Source of the DNA: Ancylonema sp.
Taxonomy: Eukaryota
Assembly: GCA_050230475.1 (NCBI GenBank)
Contig: JBFLGF010000082.1
Span: 1 to 64,000, forward strand
Reading direction: 5' to 3'
DNA length: 64,000 nucleotides
The translations under genes were made by a program, and so were the position numbers. This document shows, one piece after another, positions 12,890 through 25,134 of the stretch (position 1 is its first letter; each line of letters begins with the position of its first letter). The notes under the pieces were generated by a model. That model saw only the letters and a list, made by a program, of their open reading frames with translations, was not told where the DNA came from and did no database searches.

Positions 12890-14266
12890 CACTCAAACCC
12901 CGATTCAAGAAACTTCGATGTAAGAAACTCCTCGCAAAACTTCCTCCTTTTCTCAACATTTGTTTTTCCTACATGAAACTCCCCCGATATGAGCACAAGA
13001 AACTCCGATATAACAAACAAAAATTCCCAATTTGTATTGTTGCGAATATATATTGACTTTGAGGGTGTTGTTCTCCGTTTAATGAAGTACCGGCAATATT
13101 GAAGGTCGAAAATCTCATAAAACTCTCCGACGACGACCTCGGCCGCCATATGTGAGGTTCTAAGTTGTTGTTGGTTATGCGCCATTCGGACTCTTGTAGG
13201 ATGTCTACACGTGTAGGTCCACAACTCATGGGTGTGTGATGTCGACGTCTAGGAAGACCCGATAGCTTCCAATCCACACTGAAATCCGAATAGAAACAAA
13301 AGCTTTATGTGAATTGAAACAAAAGCACCAATCATGGACACTTGAGCAACTTGGAGCGCATTGTCTCAAAACGTACAATAATCATGTCCATAAGAGTGTC
13401 TTGGGCAAGATCTTGAACCAGAGCGAGAGGTGGCTCGCCATCACTAAAGCACAAGGCGCCAAGAAATTGCGAAGATAGGTTCCGATAATATTCTCTCACA
13501 AAAGCAGTCTAATATCAAGCTTTGCTTTGCCGCGTCGTACAAGGATGTTGCATGTGTATGTCAGGTGTTGTACAATCATTCTTATTTTAGAGTTCACTTT
13601 GACGCACGAGTGCAGTCATGAACACTTGAGTGAGTGACCGCACATGAAGCATTATTATCTTCATGAAGTGGTGCAATTGGGACCCTTTTTATTTAATTTC
13701 CAATGTTGACGAAATGTGTGAAATTACTTCGATTATGTGTACTCAAAGAATCACATGACGCACGTAACAAAAAAAAATAGGGCCTGTGTTGTAAAACATT
13801 TCATTCATGTGAGTCACAATACCTCAAACACGATCGCTTTTTTAAATTGAACATTATTTTGGCTCTATCTTGCATTTTTTGTTGCATTACTGCTATATCA
13901 TGTATTGTGTATATACGATGGTACTTCCTTGAGGCATCGAACAATGCACGATACAATTTTATATGAGTCTTGTGCCATCGAGGATGGGAGGACCGTACTA
14001 GAAATCGAATGCTCTACATGTTTTACTCTTCCGTATACATGTACCCATTATTTTCAAAAACATGAGCCTCGTGGAGCTCCCACAAGACAACGTGCCTATT
14101 TTCGCCATGTTGGTACGACTCTGGAAGCATCATTTCATGCTTCCCTCGATATAAAAAACATCCTCGCGAGGTCTCCTATATAAAGTTTCTCATACACAGT
14201 AAAGGAAATCTTCGCAATAAAACATTCTCCCGATACATATAGGCTTCTTATATCGGGATTTGAGTG
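12890..14266 (+). mobile_element. Defective pogo-like (Tc1/mariner) element
   Basis: TIRs CACTCAAACCCCGATTCAAGAA and CACTCAAATCCCGATATAAGAA, with TA on the right flank. Remnant at about 13290-13475 (KALCELKQKHQSWTLEQLG...KSVLGKILNQSERWL) resembles the CENP-B/ABP1-type N-terminal HTH. Confidence 0.7.
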
Positions 14267-14305
14267 TAACCGAGAAACCGATGTCTATATTCGATGTTTA
14301 TTTTT

Positions 14306-15240
14306 TAGTGCTCCCTCAATATAATGACCCACTTTAATAATACAACCTTGATACAAAAACACCTTTTTTAAACTTTTATAAAATCAGTGTAAAAGAGATA
14401 AATGCATTTTTATGTAAAATCGCTTTCGATATACATGACGACACTATTTATAAAGACAAATTGTTTCGGAAAACTTGTCAGTGAATTTATTTATACCGTG
14501 TATAGAACGATGTTTCTCGCATACCGTGTATGGAAATCGAGAAAAACATAGAATCCGAAAATCGAACAATTACGTCGATGCAAGTCATAAAAATCATGGG
14601 TGCAAACTAATATCTAACGTTCCTTGTATGTAGCTTATGGTCGATATTAGTTTGTGTGTCCGTTTGTTATGGCATACTGAAGGTTTTTGGTGAAAATCTT
14701 GTTATCTATTATCAATTACGAGAATGTACATGAAGGAGTGGACAAATCTTGTTTGTACATTCCGATGTATAAAAAATGGTGTATTTTTATTACGATTCAC
14801 AATTCGGAACCAGTATAGTTATCTTCATGTCAAGCATTGGTGTGTCTTGCTTTCCTAAACTTGTATAGTCTGGTCATGACCATTGTGTTTCCTCCATGTC
14901 AAAAATACATGCGATTACTTTGTTGCTTCATACGACCTTGATACTTCCCCAAATCTCCTCGTAGAGTTGTTTGCTAGTCGCAATGTATTGGGCTCATTAC
15001 GCACTTGTATAACTTGTATCACAACACACGATGTATTGGATGATGATGTGAGGGCAAGTTACTATAGACAACATGTAAACAACACATTTGCTTGTTGACT
15101 TTGCATCATTCGCGAAGTCCATCGATACAAGGACACACATGTCAAAATCTTGTAGAGAATGTCCTTATACAATGCATAAAAACCTCGATATTAAACCGGT
15201 TTCTTCGGGAAAAAAATGTCCTCACATCGAGGGAGAACTA
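14306..15240. mobile_element. Non-autonomous Tc1/pogo-like TIR element
   Basis: Left end TAGTGCTCCCTCAATATAATGAC matches the inverse at about 15218-15240 and again at about 15523-15545. Confidence 0.55.
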
Positions 15241-15720
15241 TCTATGTGCTCGTACATATGTGCTCGTATTCAAGGATGGCAAACTAGGACCTAAATTTCT
15301 GTCTCGGGGTTTATTAAATTAAAATTTATAATCAGGGGTTGCACTTAAATTGCTAAATTGTTGAGGGAGATATGTTTTTTTGGGTCCATAGGGTATTGTG
15401 AACACAATGATGCCCCTAAATTCCATCGATACAAGGACAAATATATTAAAATATTGTAGAGAATGTCCTTATATAATGTATACACACCTCGATATTACCA
15501 GTTTCTTTGAGAGATAAAAATTGTCCTTATATCGAGGGAGCACTATCTATGTGCTCGAATATATGTCCTCGTATCCAAGGATGGAAAATAAGGACCTCAA
15601 TTTCTATCTCGGGGTTTCTTGAATTAAAATGTCAAAAGTTGCACTTAAATTGCTAAATTGTTGGGGGATATATGTTTTTCTGGGTCCTTTGGGATTTTTG
15701 AACACAATGGTGCCCCTAAG
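15118..15720. repeat. Tandem duplication, about 300 bp x2
   Basis: Units start TCCATCGATACAAGGACA at 15118 and 15422. Each holds a TIR plus sequence similar to the hAT end at about 30100-30200. Confidence 0.85.
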
Positions 15721-17624
15721 AACTTTCCATTCCAACGGGTAAATTTTTTTCAAGCGTAATTTCAAAATGATAATATGAAACGGGACTCACCGCGTTTGAA
15801 AGAGCCCATTTGCAATCACACAGTATCTTAATGTAAGGGAATTCGAAATTATTTTCGGGTCATTATTTCTGACCGGTACGGTCTATTACCAGCACGGTCT
15901 TCCTGGTAGGTACGGTCCATGGGTACTGGTATATTGTTATGCTAACTAATGTACATACCCTCACAAGTGGGATTTAGTTCTCATCTTCTCGCATTGCGAC
16001 ATGGTTTACTGGAATTGGGTGGAAAATGTGTATGCACCATGTCAAACGAGTGACTTCGCGAAAAAAACGTGTATTGAAATCATCATCTATATCAAGCTCT
16101 GGTTGGATTTAGAAGAATATACATTTTCAGTTTTACACGTACATGCCAGCCGAGCCACACTCAATGCATTGACATCACACGAGTGAGGTCCGGGACAAAG
16201 GTTATTTCGCCACAACTATTTTCCGCTAAAAAACGGACAGGTTCAGAAAAATGATGTAGGAGGATCTTAGGACAACTCGGTCCCGATTCCTCATCAGTCC
16301 GTTGTCCATAAAAAAAAAGTGTGCTAGTCTGGGCAACTATATTTCATATCGATGGTCTCAATCTATTAGCGGGTTTCCAAATGCGAGAAGTAAAAATTGT
16401 CACAATGAGAGTGCGATACCTTTTTTCGAAAACAACAATTGATGAGAGGCATCAAATTATTGTTGGGCCCTATCACGCCCAATCCCGATCGGCGACAGAC
16501 GTATCCCATGAGGTTGGGCTCAAGTAAGGAAGAGGTGGGAACAATGCGTTTTTATCGGTTTCTTTTAGGTCAAATATAGTTCATGAGATTCCCCCCCCCC
16601 CGTTACTGGTAATAAATACGTGGCATCCCCCGTCCGCAATGGAGCCGGAGTCGGGCCCCACTCGGATTGGCGCCGGATCGCAGACTCCCCGATCGGATCG
16701 GGCACAACTATGCAGAAACTCAATCCGTGACAACACGGGTGCAACTTTCATTTACAAAATTTGACCCCGGATTCATAAAGCCAAGAACGATTTGTGCGCG
16801 ACAAGGAGTGGCACCTGTAGGTGCGACATTGTAGGAGCAACAAAGTTTCCTCTTTTACAATTTTTTCCGAGATAAAAGAATGATTTGTTTTCTAGTTACC
16901 CCCTTTCTCGGCGGACAATTCATCGACCGCGGGCCAAAAAAACCAATTCAATCACAACTAGAACACTAATGGACACAAATTATGCGACCCAATGCCACAC
17001 TACCCCGATGTTTATGAGGTCTGAAATTGGCACACGTCCGGGTGAAAATTTACACGAACAGGTATTACTCTAATACATCGAACAACTTGCATACTCTTCT
17101 CACACAAAAATGTGGGAAAGTGAGCGTTTGTTCATTTTTTGAAGGCTCATTTGCCCAATGCATAGTTGCACAGACCGGCAAGATTTGATTCTCGGACCGC
17201 GGTCGGATCAGGTCCGGAGTCGGGACCCGTTCGGAAAGGGGATATTTTAGGTTCTTTTCCGTGGCAAATTTTCCGCGAGGGAAAAGGGCGTAGGGCTGAT
17301 ATTTTCTCCCCTGGCTCAAACGTGTGATGTACATGTGTCAATTGTGGCTTGCGAATTTGTAGCAAATTATGAAAAAAATCAGAATAAAATAGCATGCTCA
17401 TATCCAACCGTCCATTGATTGAGATGGTGAATTTTGAATTGACAAAATGGTTGGATATTTTGCATTAAGAGTTACCATCCGATAAGATGCAATCGAAGGT
17501 GATGATAATCGTCATAGTTGCCTAACCAGAATTCCATAAGTTAGTAAAATAATATACGTGATGGTTCATTTGAACAAGCCTATGGAAATGCTGTGTCAAA
17601 ATCGTATACGACTCACGTTGAGCC

Positions 17625-18844
17625 TAGCAATGCACAGTACGCACAATACGCCGAGTTATCATACGCCAAATACGCGTATTGTGCTCCAAGCGTATTAATA
17701 ATCTAAAGTATGCTTTAAAATACGCTAACATTGAACTTTTATGAATCTCGGTATGATATTTCTGGTACGAAATTGTTGACGGAGGCAAACAACATTGCGA
17801 GGTCCACGTCGTTTGAAAGTGACATAGTGAAAGTGAAATTTCTTCGATATTGCATCGCACGGCGAAAATCATCGACATCTTCGCTAGTGAACGTCATCCG
17901 ACCGTCCAAGTTTAAGATGGGATTGTGGAAGGATGGAAAGTGTTACTCCATTTTCCAGACCTTGCCTTGTATCATACAATCAGCCTCAACTTGCTCATGT
18001 GAAAACGGAATCAAAATGTGTACGGTTTCATCCACCGCCCCATCCGCAACAGGCTTGATCTTGTGAGAGCTGCCAAATTTGTGTTTGTGTTCACCGATTT
18101 GTGGATCCTTTAGAAGGTGTCCTTCGTGGAGTACGAGCATACATTTCCCATGTGGCCCGAAAGTGACAACGAGTAGTCTCAATATGATGCGTGGAGGCTA
18201 GTCGTGATGTCTACTCTCATACTCACGAGCGGGAAGAATATTTTGAAGGTACCTTGAGGATTTTTAGTGTGCTTTTTGAAAACTTGGTAGAGCGATAGGC
18301 TTCGTGAAGTGTTTATGAAAAACATGCAGCAGATAATGGAGTAGGATTCATGTGATTATTACCGTAAATTAGTAATCATTGGATTCCACTTTAGCATTCC
18401 ATTTGTTTTATTGCCTTACTTTTTGAGTAAAAACGGAAGCGACGATCGAGCTTTTTTTGGAACTCGTTGTGAATAGAAATGGAGTAAAGATTGATGAAAC
18501 GTACGCAAATGAAACCGAATAAAGAGAAGCTAAGACGAGTGGGTCTTTCAAAGAATGCCCCATTCTTGTACCAAGAAAATGAATGAAACTATTGCACATC
18601 CAGTGGTAGAAAATGCGCGTGTCGTGTATTTCAAGGATAAATGCCTCCGTTTGATGCCCAATTGATATAGGATAAGCACCCGATGCTATCATTCTACTTC
18701 TATATATGTGGAGTCTAAAACCGTGAAAAATGCATGTTTATTGACAATGCGCGTATTTGCAAATCGCGAAAATGTTCAATACGCGAAATACGGCGTACCG
18801 TGACCCCAATGTATTGATAGCGTATTGCGCATTGTGCAACCCTG
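17625..18844. mobile_element. Non-autonomous hAT-like element
   Basis: 8-bp TSD GTTGAGCC (17617-17624 and 18845-18852). Imperfect TIRs TAGCAATGCACA / CAGGGTTGCACA and AATACGC subterminal repeats. Confidence 0.8.
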
Positions 18845-19912
18845 GTTGAGCCACAAAATTTTAGTCTCAAACATATTTCAGCAGCTCATCACGTAGACAA
18901 CCGCACTAGCGCGTGTGAATCAACAGTGGCATTTTAAATAATAGAGAAGGAATTTACCCATTTTTTAATGTAGAATATGAAAGTGAGGAGTAAGGAGTGT
19001 TTTGAAGGTGCAGTGAAGATAGGTTGTGGGCGTAGAAAACAATTCCAAAATATAAATTGTTGGATATGGGTATTTTCATTTGTACATTTTTTTTGGTAGA
19101 TATTTGCTCTTCATCGTGTAAATGTGTGCATTGCATGTGCATCATGTCACCAAGACATACTGATAATTGAGAAAAGAAAACAAAAACAAAAAACGTACTT
19201 CTGACCAATTGACCTAAAGCAATTCCTTTGTGACTTCCTCGGAAATTGGTGACGAACGCTATATACTCAGAAGCATTCCAGGGATTCATTACTTATTTGT
19301 TATGTCAAACATTTCTTGGACATTTTTGTACGATGTAAAATATAATTATATTCACGAAAAAAACATTTCCGGATTTTTCCTCCACCGAAAACCCCCAAAT
19401 CCAGGTATTACCCTAGACAGCCGGTCCGGATTTTAGACCTAAAAGGACGGACATCAGTCCGGAACCGGGACCTCGACACCCGAGCCCGTCGGTGTGTGCA
19501 ACTATGGCCAAATGTTGATCCAACATCCAACCAGGTGCTCATCATCAAACATTGGTGTGATCTTTGACCATCTTATAATTTTCAGTTTTGGTTGTATTTC
19601 ATTACACCACCCTTCTACTCTGCTGTATGAAGTTCTACGGCAAAAAAATGTGCACTTAAGTGCAACGAACAATGATATATCCAACCCCGATTGGGTCACG
19701 ACCTACCAACACCTCCGACCACCTCGTTCTTTTCCAAGTTATACAAAATTGTGGATTTAGGCCACGCAACAACACCACTCAAACACACTCAAACATGTAA
19801 CTTAATTTATATCTATCCTCCAAATACAAGTTCTCACCTGTTGCCCTTGGATGTCTCTATATGGGTTCGGTCGTGATTGACTAGCGTGGTCTACAAGCGG
19901 CTGGATACAGTG

Positions 19913-21596
19913 CTACAAAGACTTGGAACCTGAATCGTCATCAACAAATCTGGTATTGGCGAATCCGAAGAAGTCTGTATCTGCCTCTGCCTCGTCATCA
20001 AACCCCAGATTAAGGGTTTGCATGGTGAACCCGTTGGTTTGCAACACATCAACAATGGCGGAAGCAACCCCCGTGGCTCGAACAGTCGTGGTCTTGATGC
20101 ACTGCAAGGGAACCAGATGATGAACGGATAAACGGATGGTAGATTTATTTATTTTATTTTTTATTACACATTAAAAAAACGACACGAACTGACCCTTACC
20201 AAAAACTGGACCTCGCATCTGCTTTTCCACGACACCACCATACAGAGGTGGTGCCAGGTGGCACAACGAGGTGTTTCCTTTGATGTGTATGTGGTTCCCC
20301 ATGGGACCCACACAGATACCAGGCAGAATACTTCACCATCCTCAAACTCATGATCACTTAATTTCGGTGCTGCATTCGTCAGTTGCCATGATTTCAGATA
20401 CCCATCTCTGCACAGATGCTGAGTGATTCAGTAAGCTCACCTCTGCCGTTGCGCACCCTTCATTAACCGTGACCCGCACCCCGCTCACACCCTCCACGGC
20501 CTGAAATTGCAAGTGGAACCCCACGGACTCTAGCCGTACTGTGAGAAATGATACAATTTCCTATCGGTCTCTTCCTTTTGCTGCAAGGGTTTAGACCAAA
20601 AACCTCAAGACACCACCAGACAGCACAATATAACAATACAGCACACGCTGTCTGTGACTGCATAGCCTCGGTACTGTTGACGAGTATCCAAATACAGGTC
20701 TTTCCAATCACAACGTCAATATACACTGAGTCTTGGTTCCAATTTTTTTTTTAATGCTCATCTAGGGGGTGCGCCAATTGACTGTCATGGATGAGGGTGT
20801 AAATTGTACAGGTTATATTCAGCTGCTCCCCATCAATATTTGGCGAAATGCGCGACAGGCTGTACTGGCAAAGTTCTTCCACCAAACACCCCAAGAATCA
20901 GAAACAACTTCCACCAATTTGAGACTTAGTCCTCTGTCGCCCATCCTGCGCTCACCTCCAATGCTTTCACCGCTTTGCTCTTCGATGCCTCCGAAAGGAA
21001 GCCTTCTGCCTGACAGGTTCACACCAAGCAAGACCCTGGGTTTTAGATACTTATTACAGAAGGATATTACTCATGTCGTTTTATTTAACGGACTGCCACA
21101 CGTGTGTATGGTACTGCAAATCTTCTAGCAAAAAGCGACGATTCGATATGTGAATGTCTTGTTTGCCAAGATCTACTGCCAGCGAAGTCAAGGTTCCAGG
21201 TTGAGGTAAATTCAGAAGTATTCGAATGCTGACGGCAAGTTTGATCCAGTTTTGTAGCTACAGGTCATTGACAGACGGAATCTGTACCTTAATGTACATA
21301 ATGAGCTCATCATCGTCTTCAAAATATAGTTGCTCCTCTTCCGAAACTTCCTCAGAAGGCTCCTCCCCCTCCACAACAGTGTCCTCCTCGACAGCGGCGG
21401 CGGCCACAATCCCAGCAATGTGCCTACGAGCAGCCACTTGGCTGACGGCAAGTTGGCTATGGAAAAACCCTGATTGGCCTAAAGACTTCCCTACGGCGAT
21501 TGACTGAAGCCTTACTGCAGAAGGCTCGTTTAGACCAACTCCAGTCAAGGAGGTAACGCATTGGTTCGCACCCGAAATCACCAATGACTGCAACAT
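19913..21596 (-). CDS. Plastid-targeted heavy-metal-associated-domain-like protein (At5g14910-like)
   Basis: Four phase-0 GT-AG exons 21596-21288, 21009-20956, 20500-20441, 20101-19913. They give a transit-peptide-like N-terminus, then DELIMYIK-AEGFLSEASKSKAVKALE-AVEGVSGVRVTVNEGCATAE-CIKTTTVRATGVASAIVDVLQTNGFTMQTLNLGFDDE, matching the recalled plant motif TTVQATGVAS...GFKLQTLNLSF. Confidence 0.85.
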
Positions 21597-21906
21597 CTCT
21601 GCTGAAATTGTACGTGTATGTTTCTATTTACTGTTTACGTGTAATTCTATATTTCTGTATCCACAAAAAGCAAATAGTCACGCAGACTGTGAAAAACGTG
21701 GGAGATTCAATAAGATGACACAGGAGCAGAAAAATGAAGATGGGTTACGGAACAGTCGGAAAGGATGACGGGAGCACAATGGCGCTCCTGTCAGAGGCGT
21801 TTTGTCGATGGGAAACGTTAGTCTTGCTGCAGGACTCAGCAACTCTGAACCCTGCAACAGAGGAGCTTGTGTTGGCTGGGTGACTTGCCGAACGGTTGGT
21901 TCTTTC

Positions 21907-23929
21907 CATAAATATACCCGCCCGCGGGCAGGGTTATTTGGCCCGCGGTCGCCCGTGAAGGCCGCCCGGCCGCCCGTTCCGGGCGCGTTGAATTTCGGGA
22001 TTTCAAGAAAGTTCGAAAAAGCATAGCTTCTAGAGAAAGACGCATTTTATTCAAGCAGGATGGGAACCCCATCTGAGTACAACACCAACGTTATCGTACC
22101 AACCTAAAAGGAACCGAAGAAGGAAAACAACCCCAACCCTAAAACAATCGAGCAACAATCCTTAACTCTGCTGACGACAATAACACCCGCGGAGGGGGGG
22201 AGGTAACAGAGCCATACCCTCTTCCAATCGCAACGTCCTAGCATGGATTGCATGTGCTAGAGAACGTTGTAAAGCAATAGAAACTCTCTGCCGAAACCAA
22301 GTAACTAAAACTCTAACATTCCGCCCCGATCGCCCATTCAGTTCGCCGCACGGTGAACACAATCCACCAATAACCGATTGCTTGCATCGGAAAGCGCACC
22401 GTACGTCTCTAACGCAAACAAGATAAACTTGGTCCCTGCCGCGCGATCCGATAGTGAGTTTCTTTGCGCCGTTTTGCATCTTCTGCGGCCACCAACCCTG
22501 ACAAGCCGCCAATCCACCAAGTCACGCCGCGTGGGGTCAGCAATGACCATATCCACCAAAATATGCCCCTCCACCAAATCCGAAATAACAATATCCACTC
22601 GGCCCCCACGACCGCCAGGAGCGGAAGACGGAAGAAACCCCGTACGTTCACGTTGAACATGTTGACCCGACTCGCGGAGGATGTGATATACGGAATCTCG
22701 CACCGAGTCATGAGATGAAGTGCGCTCCACCCCTCGACTGCAGCGCATAAGATGCGTACCCAGGGCGTCCATAGAGTTGCCGCACGTGCACGTATCATAG
22801 GTAGCAAGGCAAGGGTGGGGAAACCCGAGGCGCACGCGCACGGCAGTAAGGAATAGGGGAGGGGGGATACGAAGGGAGGGAATGATGGGGGACGCCTGTA
22901 GCCAATGACCCGCACCGGGTCCACTGGCGGACCGAAGCCTCGCCCTAGATGTCGCGAGATCGGTGCTCGCTACAAGCACCTCAAACGCAACAGCGTGGGT
23001 AGCATCAAGAAGTGTCGGTTGCAAGTGAGGAATAGAAGCCACGACGGCCAAGGTGGCATATGGAGGCAGTGCCGCGAGTGCGCGAGCTCTTGGGTGAAGA
23101 AGCTCTCGCGCTTCTCGAAGCACGAACTGTGTTCGTAGACCTCCCTCGACCACAGTGCTGAAAAACGGGCCGAATGATAAACCGTGCTGCTGGAAAGCTG
23201 ATGCGAGTGCAGGCGCGGCGAGAGCATAAAAGCCAATAAAAGCAATTGGGGCAAGAACCCGAGTACGAACCAAACCCACGCCCCCCCGGGCGATCGGCAA
23301 ACAAGCTTGGTCACGCGACAAACCAATATGGTCCGAAGAGTGCAACCAACCACCCCGCCCAATAGATCTGTCTCTACAACCCTCCACAGCGTCGCAGCGT
23401 ACTCCCCGAGCTCGTTGAGGCAGGAAGAGGTAGGGTGGCAAGTACGCAGCAGATACGATGGTCGAGCAGCAAACACCTGCGTAAGTAGGCGGAGGGCCAC
23501 CTGCGGATCCTCAAGGAGGCATAATTGTAGAAGACCCCGCGTATCTACCTCCAACGCAGCTGCCAGGAAGCCTCGCACAAACTCGTTCGTCCCAAAAGGC
23601 GCCCCCAACACACGAATGCCATCTGTAGCATAAGAGCACCCCTTCGGAAGAATCGGAAACACCTCCCGACCAGATGGTGACCACGCCACACACTTGGACG
23701 GTTGCACGGAAAGGCCGAGTTTTGCGAGCTCCTACTTTTTAAAAAAAAAACATGTAGATGAAACTATGTAGTTGATATTTTTTTTTTTTTTTTTTTTTTC
23801 GATTGATGTGGATTTTTAAAATCTAAAACACGAGAGCCCTAAAAAAGCTCTACATTCCCGCATGCCACGTGGACATTCCCGCCCGCGGGCGCCGCCTGGC
23901 GGAGTTTTTGACGGGCGTGTACATTTATG
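21907..23929. mobile_element. Small TIR element (hAT- or P-like) hosting a non-LTR insertion
   Basis: 8-bp TSD GTTCTTTC (21899-21906 and 23930-23937). TIRs CATAAATATACCCGCCCG / CATAAATGTACACGCCCG. Confidence 0.8.
22030..23733 (-). mobile_element. 5'-truncated, frameshifted CRE-clade-like non-LTR retrotransposon
   Basis: RT C-terminus ELAKLGLSVQPSKC...GIRVLGAPFG and LPIARGGVGL. Zinc knuckle CTCG...HLMRC. Restriction-like endonuclease HDSVRD...RVDIVI...VDMVIADP...FALETYGA. 3' AATAAAA. Confidence 0.85.
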
Positions 23930-24189
23930 GTTCTTTCAATGCGTACAAGGAAAACCTGTTTGACATAGTACTCTGCTAATTCATAACCTGTCTTACATCA
24001 TACTAAAATCGTCCGATTCGGGTTTTGATAACCCGGTTTTCACCCAGAATTTGACGTCTCACTGCATAACCTATTTAAATTAAAACAAAACCCTAATCCC
24101 ATCAGTATCAATTGTGATAGGTTTATTGTATAAGCCGGTACCACCGGCTTCTACAGTAAAACCTATCTTGTTTTGGATGGTACGGAATA

Positions 24190-24330
24190 CTGTCTAAACA
24201 AATAGCTTCTCTAAAGGAAAAGAAAATCCCGGTCCCAAAACCGGAATTGGTAGGAACCGTCAATGTCTAAATGAATAACTATTCTTAAGGAATAATTATT
24301 CCCGGTCCCGACAATGTTTCTTTAGACAGT
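24190..24330. repeat. Unclassified dispersed repeat (transposon-end-like)
   Basis: GGAATAATTATTCCCGGTCCCGACA and TGTCTAAA motifs recur inverted at about 59640-59690, 59928-59970 and 63850-63885. Confidence 0.55.
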
Positions 24331-25134
24331 TTATACTAAAGTAGAATCTGCTGGATGTTTAGGCCCTAAATAAAAAGTAAATAGTAAGGATAAAAATATA
24401 ATTCAGATTAAACCTTAAATTTGTTAATAATTTTTTAGAGTCATCATCTTTTGGTCATTAAAGTTGATCACAGTGGTCGACACTAAAAAAATGAAGATTT
24501 TCCATACCTTTCGCTCATGAAATTTATCACCATGTTAACACACGGATAATACATTGCAATTATTAGTAATAATGATACAACCCAAACATTTTTTGTGATG
24601 ATTTTTAATGCATGGGTACGGGATAATGTATACTCATGGGTAGTCCACATTGACATTGAATGAGTGTTCAAGTATCGTAGAAAAGCCATCGGATTTTACA
24701 AAATCCCTATACTGATTATTTTTGTTGGAGGGCGACATAACTGGAAAATTGATTTGTAAGATATGGTTTTGCCAGACTGTTTATGGAAAAATTGTACACC
24801 TCAACAGATTCCCGAAAAAAAATCCAAACACATGTTTTGGAATTACAATCAATCATCAATCATTTAACACATGGAAGTAGAGCAACATCAATCCTTTGGG
24901 TTTGCTAATGTATTCCAAATACAAATATGTATTCACAAATTTTATCAAACTTTAATAACTTTGATAAAATTTGTATAAAGGAATACTATCTAAAGGAACA
25001 ACTATTAGTTTTTAGAGGCTGTGAACTTTTGTCGTTATATCGATTTTAGCAATACCGGGAATTTAGCTTTCGCTTTGTCGTTGCTCAGCAAATGTAGGCT
25101 GCAGGCCGGCTGCAGGCCGATGTCCTTGTTTCAA

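Noticed and set aside
15850..17600. Scattered GC-rich motifs and short ORFs
   Set aside because: Probably old repeat debris. No termini, TSD or protein motif could be fixed.
20819..21260. Longer reading frames inside the HMA-like gene suggesting a pseudogene
   Set aside because: A clean four-exon model matches the homolog, so these frames are intronic.
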